DNA of 64,000 nt from a virus. Under the pieces are notes generated by a model. It had not been told where the DNA came from. It saw only the letters and a list, made by a program, of their open reading frames with translations, and ran no database searches. Shown here in pieces: positions 18,792 through 28,673 of this stretch (its first letter is position 1; each line of letters begins with the position of its first letter). Location of the stretch: positions 1-64,000 of the IMG/VR virus record IMGVR_UViG_3300042691_038416; one strand, 5' to 3'. Both the position numbers and the translations under genes were made by a program.

Positions 18792-19625
18792 TTACGATAC
18801 TACTTTTTGTATTACCCAAAAGTCATCTGCTAAATTGCGATTTAATAAGTAATCATAAGGCATATAGAAATGACCTTTGTCACCCCATTTAGTACCCCAT
18901 GAATTTCTAACTATAAAACATTCTGTTTCATCATCATATCCCATCACAATAACCGCGTGACCTCCTAATGATCTTTCATTAGGACCAGGCATAGGCATTT
19001 TACCAGTTTTAGCTACTTCTTTAGTTTGAAAACTTTCATAAACAGCAAAACCACATACAAATGGATGACCTGAGGCTAAACATGATTTAAAGTCATATAA
19101 CGAACGAGTTAAACGTTCATATTTTACGGCTTTATTACCATCAGCGTCTTTATATGAGCTTTCTGTGGGTTTATTTTTGAATTTTTCTATAGCGTATGGC
19201 CAATATTTTTCTTCACAGGTACCTACTTTATTAATTGATTTAACTGTGTTTCTAAGAGTAGCTCCACTATCTCTATCAACATTACCTTCTAACAATCTAG
19301 TGTTATAATATATAAATAATCTAGAAGGAACAAATAAAGGATCATTTTGTTTAACTAATTCAAAAGCGAAAGCAGTTGATATAGCATTTGCTGTACAACT
19401 ACCTAAAGATCCTTGATCAAAAATTGCTACTTTATCTGTTCTTAAATCTACCTTAGTAGGTAGTTTTTTCATTTTCTTTGGTAAAGAAAACATTATATCA
19501 CGTTGATCAGGAACATCTGGGGTCCATCCAAAAAATGCTTTACTTTTAGGTTGTAGTTTATCTACTGCTTTAGTTTTAGGAGCAGCTTTCTTAGAGGGTG
19601 TTTTAGTTACTTTTTTCTTGGCCAT
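18792..19625 (-). CDS. Papain-like cysteine protease (C1A)
   Basis: DQGSLGSCTAN (Gln/Cys), GHAV (His), RNSWG (Asn), WGDKG. Confidence 0.92.
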   Translation of the reverse strand: MAKKKVTKTPSKKAAPKTKAVDKLQPKSKAFFGWTPDVPDQRDIMFSLPKKMKKLPTKVDLRTDKVAIFDQGSLGSCTANAISTAFAFELVKQNDPLFVPSRLFIYYNTRLLEGNVDRDSGATLRNTVKSINKVGTCEEKYWPYAIEKFKNKPTESSYKDADGNKAVKYERLTRSLYDFKSCLASGHPFVCGFAVYESFQTKEVAKTGKMPMPGPNERSLGGHAVIVMGYDDETECFIVRNSWGTKWGDKGHFYMPYDYLLNRNLADDFWVIQKVVS

Positions 19626-19644
19626 AATATTTTATAATAAATAT

Positions 19645-20127
19645 TTATGGAATCCAAGACGGTTTATTGTTTAATTTTTTCCAACTTAAACCTTTAACAC
19701 CTATTTTATCTTCAATATAGAATTTCTTATATGCCTCTATTGTATCTGGTAATTTATATTCTTCAGGCATACATTGTGGTGGAGGAATAAATTCTGTTGT
19801 TGGAATTTTACCATCTAAAAGATGTTTGTTTACTCTAACCCATTCTAATACATTTTCAGTAGCGTGAGTTTTACCATAGCGTTTTTTAAATTCACTGCAT
19901 ATTTCAAACCCATGATTTAATAACCAATCTACATGATGTATAGACTGACGAGTCCATTTTGTTGATGGATGATTATAATGAGCTTTTTTATATGGAGCCC
20001 AATGTCCATAATGCCAAAATGTAGTACATAACATTTGAGCACTTTCAATTTGCATTTTTCTAATGTGGTCATCAGCTAATTCTCTAGCAGCCACAATTGG
20101 ATCTTCATTGATATAAAATATGTTCAT
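19645..20127 (-). CDS. Pyrimidine-dimer DNA glycosylase-like protein (DenV/Pyr_excise-related)
   Basis: MNIF...DDHIRKMQIESAQML...HYNHPSTKW...RYGKTH...PQCMP motifs. Confidence 0.75.
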   Translation of the reverse strand: MNIFYINEDPIVAARELADDHIRKMQIESAQMLCTTFWHYGHWAPYKKAHYNHPSTKWTRQSIHHVDWLLNHGFEICSEFKKRYGKTHATENVLEWVRVNKHLLDGKIPTTEFIPPPQCMPEEYKLPDTIEAYKKFYIEDKIGVKGLSWKKLNNKPSWIP

Positions 20128-20149
20128 AACCTTAATTTTATTTAAATAT

Positions 20150-20172
20150 AAAAAAGGCCTCCGAGGAGGCCT
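20150..20172 (-). terminator. Intrinsic terminator overlapping the next promoter
   Basis: AGGCCTC/GAGGCCT stem plus U-tract. Confidence 0.7.
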
Positions 20173-20196
20173 AACTTTATAAAAAAATTTGAAAAA

Positions 20197-20817
20197 TTAC
20201 TTTTTCTTGGTAGCTAATTTAGTAGCGGTAGCATACATTTTAGCTTTTTCTTCTTTAGACTTACCAAAGCTCTTAGATTTTTTCATGCTTTTCACAATAT
20301 CTTCTTTTTTCTCTTTTTGAGCAGCAGTCATTTTCTTTTTAGCTTCTTCTAATTTAGCATTATATTCAGTTTCTGAAATGATGCCTGCTCTTTTTTGCAT
20401 AAGCAACATTTGTTCTTCATTTAATGAATCTTCTTCTAATTGAGGACCAGCTGGAGGATCAATGGTAACTTCGTCAACTACTCCTTCTTCTTCTAAACCA
20501 TCTTTTACAACTTCTTTCTCATCACCTTTACCAGCTTTATTTTTCATTTTTTCAAGAAGTCTTTCAGTTTTTTTCTTGTAACTTTCAAGAGCTTTAACTT
20601 CTTTTTTAAGTTCATTAAGTTTAGACTGATCAATCATTTCATGCATTGTTTCATCTAAACCTTCTAAATTAATTTTTTTCTCACGAATAGCAATAGCTTC
20701 TTCACAAGCTCTAATTTTAGCTTCTTGAGCTGCGATATTACCTGATGCCTCTACTTCACGAATATATTCTTGAATTGATTCTCTAATAAGTTGTCTAAGT
20801 TGGGTATTTTGATCCAT
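20197..20817 (-). CDS. Putative internal head protein
   Basis: QLRQLIRESI tag; MQKRAGIISE; basic C-terminal module ending MYATATK. Confidence 0.5.
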   Translation of the reverse strand: MDQNTQLRQLIRESIQEYIREVEASGNIAAQEAKIRACEEAIAIREKKINLEGLDETMHEMIDQSKLNELKKEVKALESYKKKTERLLEKMKNKAGKGDEKEVVKDGLEEEGVVDEVTIDPPAGPQLEEDSLNEEQMLLMQKRAGIISETEYNAKLEEAKKKMTAAQKEKKEDIVKSMKKSKSFGKSKEEKAKMYATATKLATKKK

Positions 20818-20853
20818 TATAAAATGTTTTTATTATAAATATATATGAGTTAA

Positions 20854-22140
20854 TTAAGATTTATGTATTTTTAACTTTAAATTACCTGTACCTTTTATAA
20901 CACGATGCCACATATGTCTAGGTATAGAAATTGATTCATTCATTGAAGTTGGTAATTGATTATCTAATTGGATTTTCCAATCTGTTTCACCAATAATTTC
21001 AATTACACGATCTTCATTATCACGATGCCACATTAATTCAATTGGATCTATATTTTCATTAAATTCACGAATAATATACTTATCAGTCACTTCTAAATCT
21101 CTATATGGTTTTTTATCCTCATCTAAACCTTCTAAACCAGTATCATCTTTAGTTAGATCTTTAGCGATCTGTTTCATTTCACCCATAGCCCAGTTACGCT
21201 GAGTAGATGTAAGTTTATTATTGATTAAATTTTCAATAAAACTAATGAATTCACTTTCACTTAATTTATATACTTCAGCGAAAAATAATTCTCTAACACG
21301 AGCATCATCTATGTTACTGTCAAGATATAAATCATTTAAGCCATCATAAATGAATTTACCATATTGGAAATCACGAGGTTCATTAGATACTTTATCTACT
21401 GCTCCTATGATTGCTTTATTTTGTTCTTTATCTCCACTAAAACCTTGTGTACCAACAATTTCATATAAACCTTTTACAATTTCATGAACTAACATTGGGA
21501 AACAAATAGCTCTAGCTTTAATAACAAAGCGATCTTCTTCTTCATCATAAACCATTTCACTTTCTCCACCAGGCATATTTTTATTTTGGGCGATCATAGC
21601 TAACAGCATAGCAATAGCATTTTCATCATCATATATGCCAAAAGATAATTTTAATATTTCACCGTACTTATCTACTAAAGTATCATCTAAAAGATCTAGA
21701 TATTCTCTAAATAAATAAAAAGCAAAAGCTCCACGAATAGAAGCACCTTGAGTAATACCATTAATAATACGACGTTTAGCCTTCATTAGATCAGGATCAC
21801 CTTCTCCAAAATTAGGATTGTTTACTTCTTCTTCATTAGGTTCAGGAGCTACATTTAAATTACCCATACTGACTATTTTAGCGTCAATTTTAATATTCGC
21901 GTAGTCAATAATAGGATAAGCTTGAGTAACCATATCAGCTGCCATACCTTCTAAAGCATCACGGTGACCATCTTCAGCCGCCACAATTTCACTTACTAAC
22001 TGTGATGAGCGAGATATAGTTTGCATTAATGACTTGTTACCAAGCATTTGTTTTAAAGATTCACCTGATTTGCCCTTTAAGGCAGCCATGGTCTCAGGTT
22101 TAAATATTTTTTCGTATTCTATTTCAAGTAAACGTCCCAT
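20854..22140 (-). CDS. Hypothetical protein with C-terminal cupin-like domain
   Basis: After LDE junction: WHRD...E...IPRHMWHRVIKG cupin motifs; VHEIVKG in the upstream domain. Confidence 0.6.
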   Translation of the reverse strand: MGRLLEIEYEKIFKPETMAALKGKSGESLKQMLGNKSLMQTISRSSQLVSEIVAAEDGHRDALEGMAADMVTQAYPIIDYANIKIDAKIVSMGNLNVAPEPNEEEVNNPNFGEGDPDLMKAKRRIINGITQGASIRGAFAFYLFREYLDLLDDTLVDKYGEILKLSFGIYDDENAIAMLLAMIAQNKNMPGGESEMVYDEEEDRFVIKARAICFPMLVHEIVKGLYEIVGTQGFSGDKEQNKAIIGAVDKVSNEPRDFQYGKFIYDGLNDLYLDSNIDDARVRELFFAEVYKLSESEFISFIENLINNKLTSTQRNWAMGEMKQIAKDLTKDDTGLEGLDEDKKPYRDLEVTDKYIIREFNENIDPIELMWHRDNEDRVIEIIGETDWKIQLDNQLPTSMNESISIPRHMWHRVIKGTGNLKLKIHKS

Positions 22141-22391
22141 TATTTTTTAAGTTTTAAAAAGCGTTGAGCTATTTTATTAGCTAATTCTTTTTCAGCTTCT
22201 GAAAGATTTTCATTTTTAGGTGTTGGTTTCACACCAGGAGCTGGTTTATCAAATCCTCTACGTTTTGGTGTAGTACCAGGTTTAGTAGTAGGAGGTGCTT
22301 CAATAGTTTCCTTTTCTTTAGCAGGAGCATTCTCAGCTAATATTGATGCTAATTCTTCTTGAATTATACGTCTCAAATCACTTACTTTCAT
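22140..22391 (-). CDS. Small putative internal head protein
   Basis: DLRRIIQEEL...LAE tag; Pro/Lys-rich middle. Confidence 0.5.
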   Translation of the reverse strand: MKVSDLRRIIQEELASILAENAPAKEKETIEAPPTTKPGTTPKRRGFDKPAPGVKPTPKNENLSEAEKELANKIAQRFLKLKK

Positions 22392-24948
22392 TTTTCTTAT
22401 TTTTTAGGTTTAATAAAATTTCTCTCATTTGTTGAGCTTCTTCAGGCATAGCAACTGAGTGGAATCTTACTAATGTTTTTAATTCTTCAGATATATTATT
22501 TTGTTGTAAAGAAGCTGCTAATTGACTTACTCTAGGTACTCTATAAGATGCATTTGCTGTTACAATATAATGTCTAGCGTCAGGTTGCATAGTGGCAAAT
22601 CCAATTACTCGTCCACTAGGTAATCTAAGTATATAAAATCTACTTTGACCAGCCGCTACCATTCCAGTTACTCTACCAATAGCATCTAAAGAAGCGTTTC
22701 TTCTAGTATATGGAGCTACGTTTCCTGCTTGTATTCTTGTTCTTATATTAGCTGGTAAAGTATTAAATCCAGCTGTTAATCCTGCGTTTTCAATAGCTGT
22801 CGCTACATCTGCATTAACTTCTCCTCCGGCTGCGGGGGCTGCTGCGGGTGCAGCTACTCTTGCTCCTGTTGGTCTACCTCTTCTTCCTGCCGCTGGAGCC
22901 GCGGCTGGAGCTGCTGGGGCAGCTTGTCCTAAAGCTCTAGCTACTTCATTTGGTTTAATGCTAGTTCTAATTAGTCGACCTGTTCTATCAGATACTACTT
23001 GACTGTTTCTTGGATCTTGAGTGTTTATAAGAACATGTTTTCCATCAATTACAGCTGGTCTAATTCTACTATTATCAATCATAGGAGGATTAGAAGCAAT
23101 AATACTTTTTTTCCATTCTGCTCTATAGCTATTATTTACTAAAGATAATAATTCCTCACTAGTGTAAGCTCTATTTTTACTTCTTAAATAATCAAAATAT
23201 ACTCTCCAATTACTTATGTTTTCACTAAAAGAATTACTATATGTTCTTGCTCTCCAGTTATTATCACTTCCATATATTCTACCTAAATCAAACCCACTTG
23301 CTGGAGAAGTAGTTATAGCGAATATTTGGTTAGATTCTGGGTTTGCTAGTACTACATATCCGCCTCTTGTTCTATTATCATATGGTGTGCTGTTTAATAT
23401 TCTATAAAAAGCATCTTTATCTAATTGTTTAGGAAGTTCATTTGCTTCAGAGAATACTAAGTTAACCGCATTTTCTTGGAAACCACTATTTTCTGATTCA
23501 TCTGATAAAGCATTTTGTACTTCTTCACTATCAAAAGGAATAGGTGTTATTTTACCATCTTCTAATTTATATGAAGAGAATGAATTAGAATCTAATATTA
23601 ATTTACCTGTGTCAGTATTCTTAATTAGAATAGCGGAGTTAGGATCTTCTTGAGCTTTAGTTAATACTGTATTAATGAATTCTTTACTAACAACATTATT
23701 AGTTGCTAGTTTTAAAAGATTATTAAATGGTATTTTATCAAGATCCGGGTACTCAGTTAAATATTTAGATGTACGAGCGTTTAATTTAATATTTGGATAA
23801 TCATCTTCAGCTGTATATAAACCAGCACTAACATCATCTCCAAAAGTTAATTTAACTATAGTATTACCATCTTTAGTAATATATAGTCTTTCATTAGATT
23901 CTAAATCCCATTTATTTAAAGCTACTAATAATTTTTTAACAGGGAATGGTAAATTTTCTTTAGATAATTCTTCTATTTTAATTCTATCACGTAAATTAGC
24001 AGTAATAGATTTTCTATCTTGATTTGAGAATTTATCCAAATGTTTTAATAAAAGAGTTGTATTTAATACTCCTGGAGTAACAGCTATAAATGTAGCTAAC
24101 TGTGGATATTGAGGTAAATATTTGGATACAAATTCTTCATCATTAATATCTGAGAATAAATTTCTTCCTTTCCTGGCTACTAAATATTGTTTTTTAGTTG
24201 GGAAAGGTAAATCTACCCACCTACGAATAGATATTTCTCCTCCACCTTTACCGTATACTTGAGTAGCCTTTTCAGTTGATGATAAAGGAATATATTTAAG
24301 TATATTTTTAATATTAGGTATATCTCTTAACCATGGTACTTCACTCATTAAAGAGCTAAAATTCATTGGTTGAGATTCATGAGGACTATTAGCTCTATTA
24401 GTATAAACGTATTTTTTATTTTCGTCTGGATTATCTCTAACTTGAATAGCTACAAAACTTAATTTGTCACTGTCTGATAAATTATCATTTTTAGCTAAAT
24501 AGAATGTAGGATATGATCTATCTTTACTATATCTATAATTAGAAAAAGAACCTCTGGTTATACACCAACGTTCACCTCTACCATAAGTTACACAATTATC
24601 TTCTTTACTGCCATTCCATATAGTGATATTATTATCATCATATACTACATCTGGTGTTGTATCTTCTCTATCATCATCAGCTCCTTCAGAAGATGTAACT
24701 AATTTAATAAGTTTAGATAATGAGTATTTACGTAAATCTTTTTCTTGTATTTTAGGTGAATTCTTTAACTGATCAAAACGTTGGATATATGATTCTAATT
24801 TAGCATCATCTATATCAATATTTAAATCATCAGCTTCTTCCTTGAATTTGTCCATTAATTTTTTTATTTCCCCAGATGAGTATTCATTGAGAGGAAATAA
24901 ATTATTCACAACATGGACTATAAATGAATGTATATTTTTCACAGGCAA
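22378..24948 (-). CDS. Large hypothetical protein with WCIT motif and AT-hook-like RRGRP in an Ala/Pro linker
   Basis: 856-aa ORF (TTG start) right after a late motif; LNE near N-terminus. Confidence 0.6.
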   Translation of the reverse strand: MPVKNIHSFIVHVVNNLFPLNEYSSGEIKKLMDKFKEEADDLNIDIDDAKLESYIQRFDQLKNSPKIQEKDLRKYSLSKLIKLVTSSEGADDDREDTTPDVVYDDNNITIWNGSKEDNCVTYGRGERWCITRGSFSNYRYSKDRSYPTFYLAKNDNLSDSDKLSFVAIQVRDNPDENKKYVYTNRANSPHESQPMNFSSLMSEVPWLRDIPNIKNILKYIPLSSTEKATQVYGKGGGEISIRRWVDLPFPTKKQYLVARKGRNLFSDINDEEFVSKYLPQYPQLATFIAVTPGVLNTTLLLKHLDKFSNQDRKSITANLRDRIKIEELSKENLPFPVKKLLVALNKWDLESNERLYITKDGNTIVKLTFGDDVSAGLYTAEDDYPNIKLNARTSKYLTEYPDLDKIPFNNLLKLATNNVVSKEFINTVLTKAQEDPNSAILIKNTDTGKLILDSNSFSSYKLEDGKITPIPFDSEEVQNALSDESENSGFQENAVNLVFSEANELPKQLDKDAFYRILNSTPYDNRTRGGYVVLANPESNQIFAITTSPASGFDLGRIYGSDNNWRARTYSNSFSENISNWRVYFDYLRSKNRAYTSEELLSLVNNSYRAEWKKSIIASNPPMIDNSRIRPAVIDGKHVLINTQDPRNSQVVSDRTGRLIRTSIKPNEVARALGQAAPAAPAAAPAAGRRGRPTGARVAAPAAAPAAGGEVNADVATAIENAGLTAGFNTLPANIRTRIQAGNVAPYTRRNASLDAIGRVTGMVAAGQSRFYILRLPSGRVIGFATMQPDARHYIVTANASYRVPRVSQLAASLQQNNISEELKTLVRFHSVAMPEEAQQMREILLNLKNKKNESK

Positions 24949-24968
24949 AATATTTGTTATAAATATAT

Positions 24969-25235
24969 TTATTCTTTAGGCAAAAACCAATTAGAACACC
25001 ATTTAGTTGGATCTTTTATTTGATTACCCTCATCATCAACTAATTCTGCTGTGCCTTTATATTCTTGATATTTTTTATTTTTACACATGTGTTTTTCATC
25101 TTCCATGTAATGATATTTACAAACAGCGCAACTAAAACCTATAGGAGAATACATGTATGGAGGATATTCTTCTCCTTCATGTTCTTTTAATCTAGTTTTA
25201 GATACCCAATCTGTTATGTTAAATTCTTTTTTCAT
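24969..25235 (-). CDS. Small Cys-rich metal-binding protein
   Basis: CAVC...C...WCSNW after an LKE site. Confidence 0.55.
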   Translation of the reverse strand: MKKEFNITDWVSKTRLKEHEGEEYPPYMYSPIGFSCAVCKYHYMEDEKHMCKNKKYQEYKGTAELVDDEGNQIKDPTKWCSNWFLPKE

Positions 25236-25654
25236 TTTGTTTTACCCCATTTTTTACCTTTACCTGGTTGCCCACATTGAGCTGGTGTTGGACGACATGA
25301 TGGATATTTAGCACGTTTTTCACCTTTTTTTCTACCACATGCCTTACATTTTTTTCTACCTGTTTTTTTATCTTTACGACAAGTATTACAATCTACCCAA
25401 CCACCTTCTTTACCTGAGGTACCTTGACGTTTGAACCATTTATGAAGTGATTCGTCTTCTTGAATAATTTCTTTAATTATTTCTTTTAATTCTTCCTCTT
25501 TTATACCTTTCCAAATTTTACCTTGGCGACATCTAACAACAGCACCTGATTTATAAGCAGATGGTTTATCGAACTTACGATCAGCAATACGTAAACATCT
25601 GTCACGTTTTGCTTTTTCTTCAAGTAGTTGTATAATTATATCTTTTAAATTCAT
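25232..25654 (-). CDS. Basic Cys-rich two-module protein
   Basis: Two basic modules, each preceded by a tag (LKDIIIQLLEE; LKEIIKEIIQE). Confidence 0.55.
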   Translation of the reverse strand: MNLKDIIIQLLEEKAKRDRCLRIADRKFDKPSAYKSGAVVRCRQGKIWKGIKEEELKEIIKEIIQEDESLHKWFKRQGTSGKEGGWVDCNTCRKDKKTGRKKCKACGRKKGEKRAKYPSCRPTPAQCGQPGKGKKWGKTK

Positions 25655-26310
25655 AATGATTTAAGCATTTCAATCATCTTAGGGTGAGGATAAATATCTA
25701 CTTTATCATAACGTACACTATTATGAGTATATACACCTGCTTCACCTCTTAAGGCCCTAGGTGTTACATCCCAAATATCATCATTATATGTCAAAGGAAT
25801 ATTCCATCTTTGTTTCCAATAAACTAATAGTTCTTTTACTGATTGAATTTGAGCATCAGTATAATTATGGAAATATTTAAATCCTCTAAATGGTGTTGCT
25901 AATTCAATTATTTCTTCTTCAGGTACAACCGTATTAGCCCAACTGTAGAATTTAGTATTTTTGCGAACTAATTGGCCCCAGTTACAAATTTCAACACCAA
26001 TTGAAATTTTGTCTAAGGACTTATATGGTAAATCAAATTTATGAAATGTAGATTCTTTTAAACCTAAATGATAAGCCCAAAATCTAGATGAATATCCTTG
26101 TACTACTTGACCATCAAAATGTGTATTGCCTTTTTTAGGTTTTCCACCAACAACAATACAAGTAGCAATTCTTTCTTTATTACTTTCCCAATCTTTATAA
26201 GTACCAAATGGATTAGAATTACCAGCGGTATGATGTAAATAAATTTGTACTTTTTGAGTCTCAGTAGGGATATACTGAGTTTGAGGGAAGTTATATTGAG
26301 TAATAGTCAT
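25651..26310 (-). CDS. N-acetylmuramoyl-L-alanine amidase (Amidase_2, endolysin-like)
   Basis: IYLHHTAG, WAYH, SIGVEICN, YTDAQ, THNS and KVD Zn-amidase motifs. Confidence 0.85.
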   Translation of the reverse strand: MTITQYNFPQTQYIPTETQKVQIYLHHTAGNSNPFGTYKDWESNKERIATCIVVGGKPKKGNTHFDGQVVQGYSSRFWAYHLGLKESTFHKFDLPYKSLDKISIGVEICNWGQLVRKNTKFYSWANTVVPEEEIIELATPFRGFKYFHNYTDAQIQSVKELLVYWKQRWNIPLTYNDDIWDVTPRALRGEAGVYTHNSVRYDKVDIYPHPKMIEMLKSL

Positions 26311-26687
26311 TATATACCTATATTAATTAATTGAGGTTCCTTCACAACAAACTTAACTACTCCTCTTATTTTATTTATATTACTTATTATTTGATTAATA
26401 GTATCTATATCAAATTGTCCAAATTTAGTGTATGGATATGGGTCTACTTTAATAACTACTCTATCATATTTGTATCCAGGTTTAGGAACATTAGGTATAT
26501 ATTCTTCAGTATCCATAGTTGTAACACCAGTCACAGAACGGATGTCTGAGAATATTTGTGTTTGAGTTTTCTTTTTTAAATTAGTAACTAATAAACCTTC
26601 AATTTTATATAATTTAGAAGCAGAATCCTCACGTAATGTTTTACGTATTTCCTCTTTAATATATTTTTTAAATTCTGATTTATTCAT
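26310..26687 (-). CDS. Putative internal head protein
   Basis: EFKKYIKEEIRKTLRE tag followed by a compact domain. Confidence 0.5.
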   Translation of the reverse strand: MNKSEFKKYIKEEIRKTLREDSASKLYKIEGLLVTNLKKKTQTQIFSDIRSVTGVTTMDTEEYIPNVPKPGYKYDRVVIKVDPYPYTKFGQFDIDTINQIISNINKIRGVVKFVVKEPQLINIGI

Positions 26688-26688
26688 A

Positions 26689-27597
26689 TTACCAATATCC
26701 TGAGAATGTTGTATTAAATCCTAATGCTTTAGCATAACGAGGCAAACGACAGCTCCAATATGAAGCTTTTGTTTTATCTTTCTTTTGAGCGCAATTATGA
26801 CGTTTAGCAAACGCTTTACGTGCTTTTGGGTTATTTAATTTAGCTCTTAATCCTCCACCAGCCATACCAAATGATACTTTTTTAATACGCTTGGATTTAG
26901 GATCACGAACATATACATAAAATTTCTTTGAACCACCACGTTTTGGTTTATTTAAAGCGGGTGTTTTCTTTTTATCTGCCTCATTTAATCCTACAAAATA
27001 TTTTGGATATTTAGTTACTACATTATTAATAGCATCTCTATCCATTCTAGTAATAGCGTCTAAAAGATCATCATGTAATTTACTAAAAAATTCTTTAGAT
27101 TTAGGATCTTGAGATCTTTCATATCTCATCTTAAGATCTTTTAATTTATCTAAATAAGGTAAAAATAATATACTAGTTGTATATTCAGCGTCTTCTTTAC
27201 TACCTAATGTACTATCATAATCATCATCACTCATTAGTAAATCTAAAGGTACTTTTCTACCCTCATATAAACCAAATTTACCTAAATCAGTTTCATTAAG
27301 AAATGCTTTATCAATATCATTTAAGAAAATAGCTTTTTGTTCATATAACTCACGAGCTTCAGCCCATAAATTTAAAAATGCTTCTGAGCCATATCTGAAT
27401 GCGTTTTCAGTTAAAGGTAACTTATTAGTCACATGATACTGCATATTTTCAGTCATAGTAATCTTAGTACCTAAATTTTCATTAAGTACTGGACCTTTAT
27501 TACCAACATTCTCACATGAATGACATCCACAATTACATTTATCCTCTGAGGGAGGAGTGGATAGTACTTCACGTATAAGTTTTTGAATTTTATTCAT
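26689..27597 (-). CDS. Modular protein with basic C-terminal domain (DUF6321-like)
   Basis: IQKLIREVL tag; LNE junctions; KKFYVYV...KKVSFG...RHNC...YWSCR. Confidence 0.55.
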   Translation of the reverse strand: MNKIQKLIREVLSTPPSEDKCNCGCHSCENVGNKGPVLNENLGTKITMTENMQYHVTNKLPLTENAFRYGSEAFLNLWAEARELYEQKAIFLNDIDKAFLNETDLGKFGLYEGRKVPLDLLMSDDDYDSTLGSKEDAEYTTSILFLPYLDKLKDLKMRYERSQDPKSKEFFSKLHDDLLDAITRMDRDAINNVVTKYPKYFVGLNEADKKKTPALNKPKRGGSKKFYVYVRDPKSKRIKKVSFGMAGGGLRAKLNNPKARKAFAKRHNCAQKKDKTKASYWSCRLPRYAKALGFNTTFSGYW

Positions 27598-27608
27598 GAT
27601 TATAAATA

Positions 27609-28673
27609 TTAGACTAGTTTACATCTAGGAATAATATCTGAGGCTAAGTTGAATTTTATACGTCCTTCTTGAACTGCTTTCTCAAAGACATTATAATTTT
27701 CAGCACAGATATATTCATTTTTATCATTTATAAATAATAAGTCTTTATTTTGTAGATAATCTTTAGCTAAAGCTAATCCTATAGCGTCATTTAAATCTTG
27801 AGTATTAGATACATCTATTGAGCCAAAATCTACATCTAACCCAGGATATAAACTTTCTATTACATCTCTAATCTCATTCTTATCAGCTCCAACTGATGTG
27901 ATTTGAGCTATCCAAGGTACACTTTTAGTAAGATCTATATTATATTTTTCAACAAAATCTTTTGGTTTTCCACTATTAAATAAAGACATTTTAGAAGCTC
28001 TATTTATATATTTTGGAGAGGCTAATATTGATAATCCTCTTTTAACTTCTAAAACATGACTATCTATACTAATATCACCTTTTGATTCTTTACTAGATTT
28101 ATGTTTTTTAGCATTTCTTAAAAATATAACTAAAGCTAATTCACCTTTACCAAAAGTAACATTCTCAGAGGCTCCAGCCATATTAATTATCTTATTTTTA
28201 AAAGAATCAGTTAATGGAATAGGAGCAAATAAGGTTTCTAAAGTATCATTACCTAATAAATCACTATGATTTACAGTTGGATCTTTTATATAATCTGCTA
28301 ATTCTTGAAGTTGATTTGCTTTATTAGCATAAAGTAATATTAAATCTATTATTTGATCTGATAAGTTTTTATCAGTAAGTTCTTTAGATATATCTTTTTC
28401 TAACTGGCTGTCATCTTTATCTTCGGCTTTATTTACTTTATTTAAATAAGTAATAACTTTCTTTTTAACTTCATCATCAGATAAAGATGTTAATAAATTT
28501 AATATTTCACCATCATAATCAGGTTTTTCTTCTTTTTCCTGCTCATCTAATTTAACGCCTAAATTTTCTAATAAATCAGCTAAAAGATTGATATCCTGCT
28601 CATCACTTAAGTCAGGATATCCTTTTGGAAATTTATACGCGTATTTTTTAAAAAACAAATCTAATGAATCCAT
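27609..28673 (-). CDS. PD-(D/E)XK restriction-endonuclease-like protein
   Basis: GKGE...GDI...LEVK catalytic pattern, preceded by a leader ending LDE. Confidence 0.55.
   Translation of the reverse strand: MDSLDLFFKKYAYKFPKGYPDLSDEQDINLLADLLENLGVKLDEQEKEEKPDYDGEILNLLTSLSDDEVKKKVITYLNKVNKAEDKDDSQLEKDISKELTDKNLSDQIIDLILLYANKANQLQELADYIKDPTVNHSDLLGNDTLETLFAPIPLTDSFKNKIINMAGASENVTFGKGELALVIFLRNAKKHKSSKESKGDISIDSHVLEVKRGLSILASPKYINRASKMSLFNSGKPKDFVEKYNIDLTKSVPWIAQITSVGADKNEIRDVIESLYPGLDVDFGSIDVSNTQDLNDAIGLALAKDYLQNKDLLFINDKNEYICAENYNVFEKAVQEGRIKFNLASDIIPRCKLV

Noticed and set aside
22821-22925. GC-rich GCTGC/GGGGC repeats
   Set aside because: Simply encode the Ala/Pro linker flanking RRGRP in the 856-aa protein
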